DNA from: Prorocentrum cordatum
Taxonomy: Eukaryota
Assembly (NCBI GenBank): GCA_963575745.1
Contig: CAUYUJ010000002.1
Span: forward strand, 1,550,001 to 1,614,000
Direction: 5' to 3'
Length of the DNA: 64,000 bases
The notes beneath the pieces are model-generated. The model saw only the letters and a list, made by a program, of their open reading frames with translations. It was not told where the DNA came from and made no database searches. How positions within the stretch are numbered: position 1 is the stretch's first letter; the number at the start of each line of letters is the position of its first letter. This document shows positions 39,401 to 49,945 of the stretch, piece by piece. A program made the translations under genes and the position numbers.

Positions 39401-39724
39401 CGGCGGGTCCGCCCCCTACAGCGTTCCCCCTTAGCAGGCGACGGCGGCGGCGACGACAGCGGAGATGGCGGTGGCGATGACGGCGACGACGGCGACGACG
39501 GCGGCGGGGTGTTGCACAGGGAGGGCCGAGAAGATCGACAACGTAGTCGGATTCGTCTCTGACTTTTGTTGGGTGGTTATGCAGGGTCTCATCGCCACAG
39601 TTGAATGCGTCTTGTCCTCCATGCCTCTTCCTTGTCCACCTGCCTGCAGTACATCCCGCCACCGTGCCGGCCTATCAATCTGGGTGGTGAGTTTGCGAGG
39701 ATGAAAGGGCCGTGGTGAGAACGA

Positions 39725-39990
39725 GATGAGGAGGAGGAGGAGGAAGAGGAGGAGGAGGAGTAGGAGGAGGAGGATGTTGATGGTGATGGTGATGTTGTTG
39801 TTGATGATGATGATAAGTATCATGACGACAACGACGACGACGATGATGAGCGTGGTGATGATAATGATGCTGATGATAATGATGATCATGATGATGAGTT
39901 TGCTGATGCTGCTGGGTATGATGATGGCGATGCTGATGGTGATGATGATGATGATGATGATGATGCTGATGATGATGATGATGATGATGC

Positions 39991-40030
<40 letters not shown>
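39725..40030. repeat. (GAG)n/(GAT)n microsatellite, left flank of the YR retroelement
   Basis: Near-perfect GAT run up to 40030. Confidence 0.95.
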
Positions 40031-40031
<1 letters not shown>

Positions 40032-40171
40032 GGTGTTCTTGAACTTTAATCCTGGAGCAGAATGAGTGCCGCTGGACAACGACGTCCATCTCGGAGCCGC
40101 TTGATAATTTTATCTGTGTGTTCCAACGTCCATCTGATAACTTTATCTGCCATCCGCAGCCTTCTCTCTCG
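40031..40171 (+). repeat. Split direct repeat A1 (copy A2 at 46443-46583)
   Basis: 141 bp GGGTGTTCTTGAACTTTAATCCTGGAGCAG...GCCATCCGCAGCCTT, differing from A2 at only a few positions. Confidence 0.95.
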
Positions 40172-40652
40172 AGATGCGGCCAGAGGAGGCCTGGATTTCA
40201 TCGATCGCCCTCTTCCTGGCCGGGTTCGCCCTCGGTCCAGCCTCGCGCGGGCTCGCGCCCCCTGGTGGCGGGCCGCCACCACCCGATCCTCCGCCGGCCG
40301 CGGAGGCGCCATTGGAGCCAGAGGCGCCCTCAGCCGAGGCCTGCGCCGCCCGGGTCCAGCCCGCTCCGCCGTGCGCGGAGTCGACCGTGGAGCAGCGGCC
40401 GCCCTCCATCGAGGAGTGCGCCGCCCTGCTCCAGGAGTGCTCGGCGGGCGCCGGGCAGGAGCCGGTGCAGCAGCTTGCCGTGTCGCTCGCGGGCCCGCTG
40501 CTCGTGGAGGCGCTTCGCTGGCTGCTCGCCGGGCTTGGGTGTTGCCGACGCGCCTTGGCGGAGCAGCCTCCGCCGGCGCCGCGGCCAGCGCCCTCTGTGC
40601 TGCCTGCTGGCAGCCGTGCGCACCAGCAGCCGCGGGGTTCAGGCGTGATTAA

Positions 40653-41906
40653 ATGATTGAGGGTGATGAGCTTTTCGTCGAGTGCGCGGTCCAGCTTCCG
40701 CTGCTGCACGGCCGCACTGTGGTGGGTGTTTCTCAGATACAGCCTCTCCACGCAGTGGTGGTCACTCCCGACAACGACCTGTACGTGGAAGAGCTGGAGC
40801 CCGCCAACACGGACATCCGCGCCTGGTTTCGTCGGGCTCCTGGCGGGGGGCCCCCGCCGCCCGCGGCAGCCGGGATCCCCGTGTACGATTTCGCGCAGTC
40901 CCTCACGCTCGCCGACTTCCACGCGCTGCGCCCTGCGGCCCTCAGGCTCGTCGCCGAGCACGACGCCGCCCTGGCCGCCGCCGGGGCCGCCGGCGCTGTC
41001 GTGCCCGCCGGGTTGGGCCCCGCCGTGGCCGCTGCAGCAGCTGCGCCCATTGCACCTGCTGCTGCAGCAGGGCCTGCAGGCCTTGCCGGCGCTCTGGCGC
41101 CTCCCCTCGTCCCCGGGGCTCCTGCTCCGGCACCTATCGCAGCGGCTGCTGGAGCAGCTGCCGCCGCGGCCGCCCTTGGCCCGGCAGCAGCGGGGGCCCC
41201 CGCACCGGGTGCCGCGGGCGGCGGCGCTGCCGCCGCCGCCGCTGCTGCCGGGCACGGAGGCCTCCACGCAGCACTCGCCGGAGGCGCCGGGCTCCCACCA
41301 GCCGCAGCAGGAGACGACTTCCGCACGCTGGCCGTCACCTACGACCAGGAGGGCCGACGCCACAAGGAGTTCCACGACGGGGTCAGGGCCATGCGCCAGC
41401 AGACCTGGCCAGACTGGGTCGTGCCGGGCCCGTGCACGGTCCTGTGGTGCGCCAACTACATGCTGGAGAACGGCGGGTCGGCGGTGGGGCACCACATCGC
41501 GTTCCGCTCCGCCTGCCGCCTCGGGCTGGGCGACCCCATCATGTTGCTTCACTCCGAGATGTCGAAGATCTTCCAGACTGCGTTGTGCTACGACCAGCTT
41601 GACGCCAGCAACATCGCCGCCCTCGAACTCATCTGCCGCCAGATCCAATTGTGCGAGGAGAGGCTCAAGGACGTTCTGCTCGGGTCGTCGGGCCCCGAGG
41701 GCCAGCATGACGAGAGCTACTTCTTCACGGGGCTGCAGAACACTCGAGGGGTCATGGTGTGCCCGGCTCTCGCAAAGTGGATTTCGGAGCAGGTCGCCGC
41801 CGAGAACGCCGTGGCCAAGGAGCGCCGCAAGGCGCGGGAGGAGAGGGCGCTCGCGAGGCCGCCGCCGGGCCGCGGGCCGCGGCCGGGCCGCGGCAGCGGC
41901 TCGTGA
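40653..41906 (+). CDS. ORF1, gag-like protein of the YR retrotransposon
   Basis: Intact 417-aa ORF with an Ala/Pro-rich linker, then WVVPGPCTVLWCANYM...YDQLDASNIAALELICRQIQL...KERRKAREER. It sits directly upstream of RT. Confidence 0.8.
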   Translation: MIEGDELFVECAVQLPLLHGRTVVGVSQIQPLHAVVVTPDNDLYVEELEPANTDIRAWFRRAPGGGPPPPAAAGIPVYDFAQSLTLADFHALRPAALRLVAEHDAALAAAGAAGAVVPAGLGPAVAAAAAAPIAPAAAAGPAGLAGALAPPLVPGAPAPAPIAAAAGAAAAAAALGPAAAGAPAPGAAGGGAAAAAAAAGHGGLHAALAGGAGLPPAAAGDDFRTLAVTYDQEGRRHKEFHDGVRAMRQQTWPDWVVPGPCTVLWCANYMLENGGSAVGHHIAFRSACRLGLGDPIMLLHSEMSKIFQTALCYDQLDASNIAALELICRQIQLCEERLKDVLLGSSGPEGQHDESYFFTGLQNTRGVMVCPALAKWISEQVAAENAVAKERRKAREERALARPPPGRGPRPGRGSGS

Positions 41907-41997
41907 GCCGCGCGGCCGCTCGACAGGACAAGGCCGCTGCCCGCGCCCTGGCCGCGCGCGGGAGCTCCCAGTGCAGGCCCTTCGCTCCTGGCCTAAG

Positions 41998-44845
41998 ATG
42001 GTGGCCAGTCGTCAGCGAGACATTTTCCCTCTCTCCCCGCTCGACGTGCCCGCCAGCTTGCCTGGCGGCTCCCGGGCTATTCAGCGACGGCGTCAGCGGC
42101 TTCAGCACAGCGCTAGGCTCGCCAACCACGCTATCGAGTCCCTCAACTTCATGGCTGGCCGTTCCTACGACGGGCCCGCCCAGCTGGACACGGTCACCCA
42201 GGCCCTCGCGAAGGAGCGCGTGCCGGGCAACTGCGTCGCGCTGGGGCCCAAGCCGCGCGACGTCAGCGCCCACGGGGGCCTCCGCGAGCTCTGTGGGAAT
42301 GCCATTGCATATGGCGACTCCTCCCCGGTCGTGCCCTACAACAAGGACCTCGTGTCCTGGCCCGAGACGGGCGCGGCGCCAGTGCAGCTGTCGGACGCGC
42401 TCGCCCCGGAGCACCACACATGGTTGAGGGATCTATTGGCCAACTCGCGTCGCTGTAACGCTGACGCTGACCGCCTCAGGAAGGAGTTGGGCTTGGTGCG
42501 CCCTTGCTCCGACCCAGCCTTCCGCACCATCTCTAACTACGCTGGCTTCGTCAAGCAGTTGCGCTCCCGTGGCATGGTGCGCTTCGCCCTCGCCACCGGC
42601 CGGCCGCCGTCGCTGGGCATCTTCATGGTAGCCAAGATGAGCGGGGCCCAGCGCATTATCTTCGACACGAGGTGGGCAAACCTGGACTTCACTCCTCCGC
42701 CTCGGACCCAGCTGCCGACGGCGGCCGCGTTCAGCCAGATCGAGTCGGCTGGCTGCGACGTCTGCTACTTCTCCGCCGGGGACATCCAGAACGCGTTCTA
42801 CGCCATCGCCATCCCTGACGAGCTGGGCGACGCTTTCAGGCTGAAAACGGTCCGAGCTGGCGCCGTCGGCTGTCCGGTCGTGGATGGCCGCCCAACCCGC
42901 CCGGGGGACCTGTTGACCCCGCACCTCGCCGTGCTCCCCATGGGCTGGAGCTGGGCGCTGCACCTCTGCCAGCTCGTGGTTGAGGAGGGCGCCCGACGAG
43001 GGGGCCTGCCCGCCGATCGGCTGCTCAGCGATCGCGCGGCCGCGGCGCCGCTGGCCCCTGCTGTCCTGCAGGGGGCTGTCTACGTCGACAACTTTCTGGT
43101 GCTCGGCGGGCCCCGCCAAGCCGTCGCCTCCACTGGGCAGCTGGTGGCGAGTGCCTTCTCCGGCTTCGGCTTCGTGGTGCACGAGGAGACTGGCGCGTCG
43201 TCGAAGGTGAACTTCGTTGGGCTCGAGCTTGACGGTGTCGACTATACGTCGCGGGTCTCGCGGAAGCGAGCGTGGCGCCTGAGGGTAGCTCTGGCCGAGC
43301 GGCTCTCCCAGGGGCGCTGCAGCGGCGACGTCATGGAGATCCTGGTCGGCCACCTGACGTGGGTCATGCTGCTCCAGCGGTCCGCGCTCTCCGTCCTGTC
43401 CAGCGTGTACGCTTTCGCGCAGGCTGGCAAAGGGCGCGTGCTGGACCTGTGGCCGTCGGTTCGCCAGGAGTTGACGACGGCCATGGGCCTGCTCCCGCTG
43501 CTCGTCGTCCACGCCGACGCCGTCTGGCACAGCGTCGTCGCGGCCAGCGACGCCTCCCACTGGGGCTGCGGGGTGCGCCGCCGGCACTGCCAGGCTTCAG
43601 AGGCCGCTTCCTTTGGCCGGGTGGCGGAGCGCTGGCGCTACCGCGCTGCCGGGGCGGCCAACGCGCGCGCCCACGCCTTCCTCGCCGAGGGCGAGGCCCC
43701 GGACGTCGGCGCTGGCGCGGGCACCGAGTCCGACTCGGCGCTCCAGGACGAGCAGCTAGGCTTCACCGCCGGACTGCTGCAGGCGCACGCGGACGCGTGC
43801 TCGTTCGACCCGGTCGACGCCGGCTTCATGCACCCCAGCCGGTGGCAGGTGGTCCAGAGCTTCAAATGGGGGGCCGACGCAAACATCCTCCGCCTCGAGG
43901 GCTTGGCCCTGTCTTCGGCTCTTCGTCACCTGCTCCGGAGCCGCTCGGCTTTCGGGCGACGGCTGCTCGTCTTCGTCGGCAACCTCGGGCTGGCTCTCGC
44001 AGTGGGAAAAGGGCGGTCTAGGGCTTTTCAGATTCGAGACGTCCTCCGAGAAGTCTGCGCCCTGTCGTTGGCCTGCGGGGTCAGGCTGTCTGTCCGATGG
44101 GTTCCGTCCGAGCGCAATCCCTCGGACCACCCCTCCCGAGGTCGTCTCTTCATCAAGCAGGCGCGCGACCCGGGCGCCTTGGCTGCTGCTCCTGGTGCTG
44201 TGGCTGCTGATGGCGACGCCGAGCCTCTGCCAGCCGTCCCGCCATTCCCGAGCCTCAACAAGGACGGCCCCATACACGACGCGGACCCTGCAGCCAGAGG
44301 CCCACGCGTGGCAGGCGGGGCAGACTGCGATTCCCAGCGGGGCCCAGACGGCAGCGCGCCAGCGCTGCCTGCCGCTGCCCCGTCGCCTTTCGCCCTCCCG
44401 ACCCTGCAGCAGCTGACCTACCTGGAGGGGCGGTCGGTGAAGCCCGCGACGTACAAGGACTACCGCCGCCGAGCCCTGGCCTTCGTCCAGTGGGCCACGG
44501 CGGCCCGCCAGGGTTGGGAGAACTACGAGCAGCTGGACCTCTGCCTGGTGCTGTTCCTGGACAAGCTGTTCTTCGGGGGCTTCGCGGGCGACGACGCGAG
44601 CAAGCTGGTCGCAGCGGTGAAGTTCTTTTACCCAGACCTGGGCCGCTGGGGCGCCGGGGCGCTCCCGCGCACATCGCGGGCCCTGGCGGGATGGGGCAAG
44701 GTCGTGCCGCGCCGGTCGCGGATGCCGCTGCCCTGGGTCCTGCTGGCTGCGATCATCGGCGTCTTGCTGCGCCGGGGCCTCGTGGGGCATGCTGTGGCGC
44801 TCCTGGTCTCGTTCGCGGCCTACCTTCGGCCAGGCGAATGCGACT
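41998..44845 (+). CDS. Pol: reverse transcriptase + RNase H + N-terminal half of tyrosine recombinase in one frame
   Basis: RT motifs: QRIIFDTR, AGDIQNAFY (D 42781), VLPMGWSWALHLCQ, YVDN (43081-43092). RNase H motifs: SDAS (D 43549), LE (43897), VGNL (expected D is G at 43978), WVPSERNPSDHPSR. YR motifs: SVKPATYKDY, FAAYLRPGE (R 44827). Confidence 0.92.
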
Positions 44846-45401
44846 CGACTCACGTCGCTCCAGTTGGTCGCCCCCGTCGCGGCGGCCGGAGGGGCCGCGG
44901 ACGTCTGGGGCCTGCTGCTGGCGCCAGTGGAGCTGGGCAACCCCAGCAAGACCAACAGCTGGGACGACGCGGTCCTCCTGGACTCGATCCCGTACGTGTA
45001 CCCCTGCCTCCTGGTCTTGAAGCGCCGGTGCCGGTCGCCGACGGACCGCATCTGGAGCTACCCGCCCGGGGACCTCTCGATCAGCGGCGGCGGAGCTCCA
45101 GCTGACGCACCTGTGGATCACCCTCTACGGGCTTCGCCACGGGGGAGTGTCCCACGACATCCTCCACCGGCTGCGGACCCCGTTGGAGGCGAAGCTCAGG
45201 ATGCGCGTGGCGTCAGACTCGACCCTGAAACGGTACGCCAAGCAGACGAGGGTGGTTTCGGAGCTGGGCAGGGCGCCGCCGCTGGCGGTGACCTTCGGCA
45301 ACCGCGTCTCGCCCCTGCTCGCCGCCGTGTTCGCCGGCACGGCCTCGGTGCCGAGCCCGCCCGGGCTGCCGGGCAACCAGGGTGCTCTGAGGGCCGGCTG
45401 A
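44846..45401 (+). pseudogene. Tyrosine recombinase catalytic C-terminal part, split by two frameshifts
   Basis: After a shift near 44845: LLLAPVELGNPSKTNSWDDAVLLD (K 44948). After a shift near 45075: TLYGLRHGGVSHD (R 45135) and SDSTLKRYAK (Y 45234). Confidence 0.85.
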
Positions 45402-45424
45402 GCGACCGCCAGGTTGTCACCCGA

Positions 45425-46231
45425 ATGCGTTCTTTGCTCAGGGCAGCGCTGTCGGCTGCCAGTCGCAACAAACGACAGATTGTTCTGGAACTCTTTGCAG
45501 GCTCCGAGGGGCTCAGCCGAGGGGTGAAAAATCTGGGGTATGGAGTGATCGTTGCTGACATCGTTTCTCGTCCTTGGTTCGATCTGGATCGGCCTGTGAT
45601 CCAACGCACCCTTCTCGGCTGGGTCTCCTCAGGGCTCGTGCTGGCCGCATGGCTGGGCACCCCATGTAATACGTGGTCTCAGGCGCGCCACGGCCCCCCA
45701 GAGTCAAGCTGGTGTAGACTTCGTGCACCCAGTGCGATCTGGGGGCTTCCAGGCCTTCAGGGCCGAGCCCTAACCGCGGCTCGACACGGCAACAGTCTGT
45801 TGATTTTCTCTCTGAAGATCATTCGAACCTGTCTGCGTCTTGGGACCCCCGCTTTCCTCGAGAACCCTGCCTCCTCCTTCTTGTGGTCGGTGCCCCCTCT
45901 CTTGAAACTCGCCTCTCACCCCAGCTCTCAAAGCCTTGTTTTTGATTTCTGCGGGTTCGGGACCCGATGGAGGAAACGCACTCGAGTCCAGGCGTGGTGC
46001 AGCGGATTCAGAATCCGCCTGCCCCAGTTGTGTAATTTGCGTGGGGGAATCTGCGCCCACACGCACAAGCGTCACATTGTCCTCACAGGTCGCGACCCCG
46101 CTTCTGGAAAGCTCTGGACCCAGGTCGCGCAAAGTTACCCCAGGAGGATGGCCAACTGTTTCGCTTCTGCAATCATGCGCACCGTCCAGAGCCTGCACCT
46201 GGCCCGAGTGCAACACATGATATCCTTTTAA
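45425..46231 (+). CDS. C5 cytosine DNA methyltransferase-like domain of the YR retrotransposon
   Basis: Motif I VLELFAG (45482-45502), motif IV WLGTPC (C 45665), motif VI FLENP (45860-45868), motif VIII-like DFCGFGTRWRKRT, and C-terminal AQSYP. The frame is uninterrupted. Confidence 0.85.
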   Translation: MRSLLRAALSAASRNKRQIVLELFAGSEGLSRGVKNLGYGVIVADIVSRPWFDLDRPVIQRTLLGWVSSGLVLAAWLGTPCNTWSQARHGPPESSWCRLRAPSAIWGLPGLQGRALTAARHGNSLLIFSLKIIRTCLRLGTPAFLENPASSFLWSVPPLLKLASHPSSQSLVFDFCGFGTRWRKRTRVQAWCSGFRIRLPQLCNLRGGICAHTHKRHIVLTGRDPASGKLWTQVAQSYPRRMANCFASAIMRTVQSLHLARVQHMISF

Positions 46232-46291
46232 TCGTTTTTGACGGCCTTCTGCCAGTAACCATCTTGGGACTTGGGGTCCCTCTCCCCTCCT

Positions 46292-46757
46292 CTCCTGGTC
46301 GGTGGTGGTGGTGTGTCCTCCTTCCCGCTCCCTCTCCTCCTCCACTGCCCGCACTCTTTGGCACGAGTCGGTCCGTGTTCAGTGATCTCTCGCCTGGCCT
46401 GCGAACACAAAAACGTTCTCTGGCACGGGTGGCGCTCGGGATGGGTGTTCTTGAACTTTAATCCTGGAGCAGAATGAGCGCCGCTGGACAACGACGTCCA
46501 TCTCGGAGCCGCTTGATAATTTTATCTGTGTGTTCCCACGTCCATCTGATAACTTTATCTGCCATCCGCAGCCTTTTCTCTCGCCCGCCCTCCCTCCCCT
46601 TTCTCCTCCTGGTCGGTGGTGGTGGTGCGTCCTCCTTCCCGCTCCCTCTCCTCCTCCACTGCCCGCACTCTTTGGCACGAGTCGGTCCGTGTTCAGTGAT
46701 CTCTCGCCTGGCCTGTGAACACAAAAACGTTCTCTGGCACGGGCGGCGCTCGGGATG
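46292..46757 (+). repeat. 3' repeat block B1-A2-B2
   Basis: B1 46292-46443 and B2 46606-46757 (CTCCTGGTCGGTGGTGG...GGCGCTCGGGATG) are offset by 314 bp and nearly identical. Confidence 0.95.
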
Positions 46758-47100
46758 ATGATGATGATGATGATGGTGAAGACGATGATGCTGATGGTGA
46801 TGGTGGCGATGCTTATGGTGATGATTGTGATGATGGTGACGGTGATGGTGATTATGATGCGGCTGACGCTGGTGATGATGATGATGGTGATGATGATGAT
46901 GGTGATAGTGGTGGTGATGATGATTATGATGATCATGGTGATGATGATGATGATGATTGGGACGTTGATGGTTTTGGTGATGATGGTGATGGTGATGCTG
47001 AGTGTGATGATGATTGTGATGACTATGGTGATGGTGATGATGGTAATGAGGAGTAGCATGAGGTTGAAGGTGGTGATGTGGGTGATGATGCTGGTGATGA

Positions 47101-47132
<32 letters not shown>

Positions 47133-47329
47133 TCGGCGGTAACGGTGATGCTGATGGTGATGATGGTCTTGATGATCACCATCATCATCATGATTATGAG
47201 CATGATGGTGAAGATGGTGATGCTGATAGTGATGATGGTGATGATGATGATGACGATGATGGTGATGATGCTAAGGATAATGTGGATGGTGATGGTGCTT
47301 ATGCTGATGCTGATGATGCTGCTGCTGCC

Positions 47330-47372
<43 letters not shown>

Positions 47373-47530
47373 GTCGTGTTGCTTATTATGATCATGAGGA
47401 GGAGGAGGAGGAGGAGGAGGAGGAGGAGAAAGAGGAGGAGAATGAGGAGGAGGAGGGTGAGGAGGAGAAGGAGGTGAGAATGATGGCGGTGATCATGATG
47501 CTGACCCGGAGGAGGAGTAGGAGGAGGAGG
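46755..47530. repeat. (GAT/GGT)n then (GAG)n microsatellite, right flank of the YR retroelement
   Basis: Direct reading of the sequence. Confidence 0.95.
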
Positions 47531-48081
47531 AGCAGGAAGGTGAAGGCCGTCATATGTGACACCCGTCGTCTTCTCTATTTGAGGAACTCTCATGGAATTC
47601 GTTTGGGCCGTTTTGGGGGCTGTCTCGGCATCCTGCAAGGCTGTCTTGCGGGTCCCTTTGGGCCCTCCTACGCCGTCCACGGGTCTCTTGGCCGAATGGC
47701 GGGTGCCTGGGGGCCATCGTGGGGCCGTCTTCGCGCATCGGAATGACATTCTACGACCGTGTTGGTCCCACGGGAGTCCTTTTTGGGCTGTCTTGGATGC
47801 CTCTTGGGCCACCGTGGAACCTCTTAGGCCATCTTGGGGCCCTCTTGGGGGCCTATTGGGCAGTCTTGGGGCCATCGTGGGGGCTTTTTGGGCTGTCTTG
47901 AGATTTCGGAAGTCCGAACAGGCGAGAATGCGAAAGTCAGTCAGAAACCCAAGGGGAAATGAATGAGTTTGGCTTCTTCGGACCCTGTTGGAGGTCCTCT
48001 TGTCGCCCGTTTGGGCCCTCTTGGAAGCACCTTTGATTCTAAAGTGAGCTGGGATACAGGCGAGAGGTAACGAGCGTGTGC

Positions 48082-48102
48082 CCGCGGCCGTTTGGGCTCA
48101 AG
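48082..48102 (+). other. Relict dinoflagellate spliced-leader-like sequence
   Basis: CCGCGGCCGTTTGGGCTCAAG versus DinoSL core CCGTAGCCATTTTGGCTCAAG: 17/21 identical with no gaps. Confidence 0.55.
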
Positions 48103-48639
48103 CGGTCGGCCGCCCAAATCTGACTACACCTCAGTGCGAGGCGTACCATTCGCCATCGAGACCGAAAATATCCTTCGCTTGAGATGGCCCGTCGCTCCCG
48201 CGACGACCTCCTACTGGGACTATCGTTTTTCAAACTTGGTAGCGGAGCTGGCCTATGGTGGTCAGCTCCTGCCCTACTCCTCACCATCCACGGCACTATC
48301 TGGTGGACTACTGACGTGGTGGAACATCAGGGTGCAGTGGGTTTGCGCGGAGGAATGTATATAACTACGCAACATAGCAAGGGCACTTGCAGTGATACCT
48401 CTGCCTACGCAGAAACCTCTTACTCGCGTCCTTCATCCGTGCGCTACTACACTCCTGAAGTCCACCCACCTACTCCAATTGGAAACTTCTTCGAAGACAT
48501 AATGCATGGAAGCGCGCGATGCGACATTGCGACCACATGCCGCAAACCCCAACCATCCGCATCCGACTACGACCTGCGAGGCCATTGGATTGGTATTACT
48601 ATCTATGGGTTCACATGGGTTGCTATCGGGCGCGCGGTG

Positions 48640-49945
48640 GCGCATATGCGTGGCGGAGACGGCACAAGAACGACCGGCCCCCATTGGGACCCGCCCGGTC
48701 AAGTATTTTTCCGCGAATTCGCTCGCGAGGCGCATGCCTGGATCAACGTGACCACAGGCAACATGACGGCCTCCGAACAAACTGCAGCCTTGCAGCGAGG
48801 ATTGTGGGGCCTCGCACGGACCATAGCCATGAGAGTTCCCCCAGCAGTTATCAATTTCGGCGTTAACATTGGTGGCCGCCATACCGATGGCGCCACCTAC
48901 ATCACGTTCCTCTCAAGTACGAAGTTCGAGAACCTAGAAGAGGAACGCCAACTCAACTCTGGTACAGCTCTCATTGTCTTCCGCGTCCATGCGGGAGAAC
49001 GGATCGACCAGACTCTGGCACGCTGCGAGATAGCCCGCTATGATGTTAACACGGCAGGCTTTAACATCCCCAACTTCCGAATTCGATCAGTTATTTCCCT
49101 TGGAGTGGGGACGTCGCGTGCGCAACAGATCCTGCAACCACTAAACCACCACATGCCGAGGGACTTGCAACAGTTTGACTCTCTATTTGAACGCGTAAGG
49201 TCATATGCTCACATTTTTGAGAAAAACCATGGCAATATTGGTGGTATCTTCAGTCGCGGTCACCGAACCGAGACCTTTCACGTTGACGCGAAAGCAGGGC
49301 AACCTGCTAATAACGTCCGGAATGACGATCCGCAACCAATGGAGAACACCACACTACTGACTCAGAATGGTGGTTCGGCCTCGGGGTCGCAAGATTCGAA
49401 GATTCCTGGGCCAGGTTTCGGGGGCCGCCCGATGCGGTGGCCCCTACGCACGCCGCGACCCTAATGGGCTCAGCGGGGCAGCCTGCTGAGTCCGACTTCG
49501 ACTCTGGGACCGACGCCGACGCGTCCTCGGACGACGAGGCTACCGCCCTAGACTTACTCCGACATGCCCGCGTACCTCACGGAAGAACAACAGGCGCAAT
49601 GGTTATTCCTAGGATACCAGAAACATAAACGCAGGTGGAGGCGATTTATGAAGAAGCCAGTTCGCAAGGCACGGCGCACTATCCGCCGGGCACTCAGAGG
49701 AAAGGGCAAGGGTCGAGGTAAGGGCAAAGGTAAATGGCGCCGACTGCATGGCAGAGGCATGTTAGCATGTCTAGTATCCTTTACCGGGCCACATCATGAA
49801 GATATGTTCCTAGGTGCAAGCAGTAACCGTAGGCATACATCAGGAGAAAGGTGAGGGGCGTCGGGGCAACCCGAAGGTTGCGAACGGTCAGACGACGGAG
49901 TGCGATTATCTGCCATAGCACTCGACACTTCCGCCGCGAATGCTC
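48640..49945 (+). pseudogene. Gag-like region ending in a CCHC zinc knuckle
   Basis: PHWDPPGQVFFREFAREAHAWINVT...QTAALQRGLWGLARTIA helical segment and a basic KGKGRGKGKG tract. C-D-I-C-H-S-T-R-H-F-R-R-E-C (Cx2Cx4Hx4C) appears at 49901-49943 once one extra base at ~49907 is removed. Confidence 0.7.

Larger units (their letters stand above)
40029..46757 (+). mobile_element. Full-length tyrosine-recombinase retrotransposon (DIRS order, split-direct-repeat PAT/Ngaro-like architecture) carrying a DNA cytosine methyltransferase
   Basis: Repeat layout is A1 (40031-40171) ... B1 (46292-46443) A2 (46443-46583) B2 (46606-46757). It encloses gag-like, RT, RNase H, YR and DNMT domains. Both flanks are (GAT)n. 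Confidence 0.93.

Noticed and set aside
40143..41708. 521-aa minus-strand ORF, plus other antisense ORFs across 41752-45051
   Set aside because: Antisense shadows of the GC-rich gag/pol coding strand; no independent motifs.
40657..41997. N-terminal ~450 aa of the 1482-aa ORF
   Set aside because: It overlaps ORF1 in another frame and is low-complexity Arg/Pro/Ser. Pol more plausibly begins near ATG 41998, although translational frameshifting from gag cannot be excluded.
46379..47875. Poly-Ile/Met/Asp/His ORFs here and at 3046-3531, 5260-6042, 15193-16433, 23372-24297 and 39431-40089
   Set aside because: Triplet microsatellite artefacts.
48040..48400. LTR and primer-binding site for the Copia-order element
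   Set aside because: No second copy of this sequence in the window and no convincing tRNA-complementary PBS seen.
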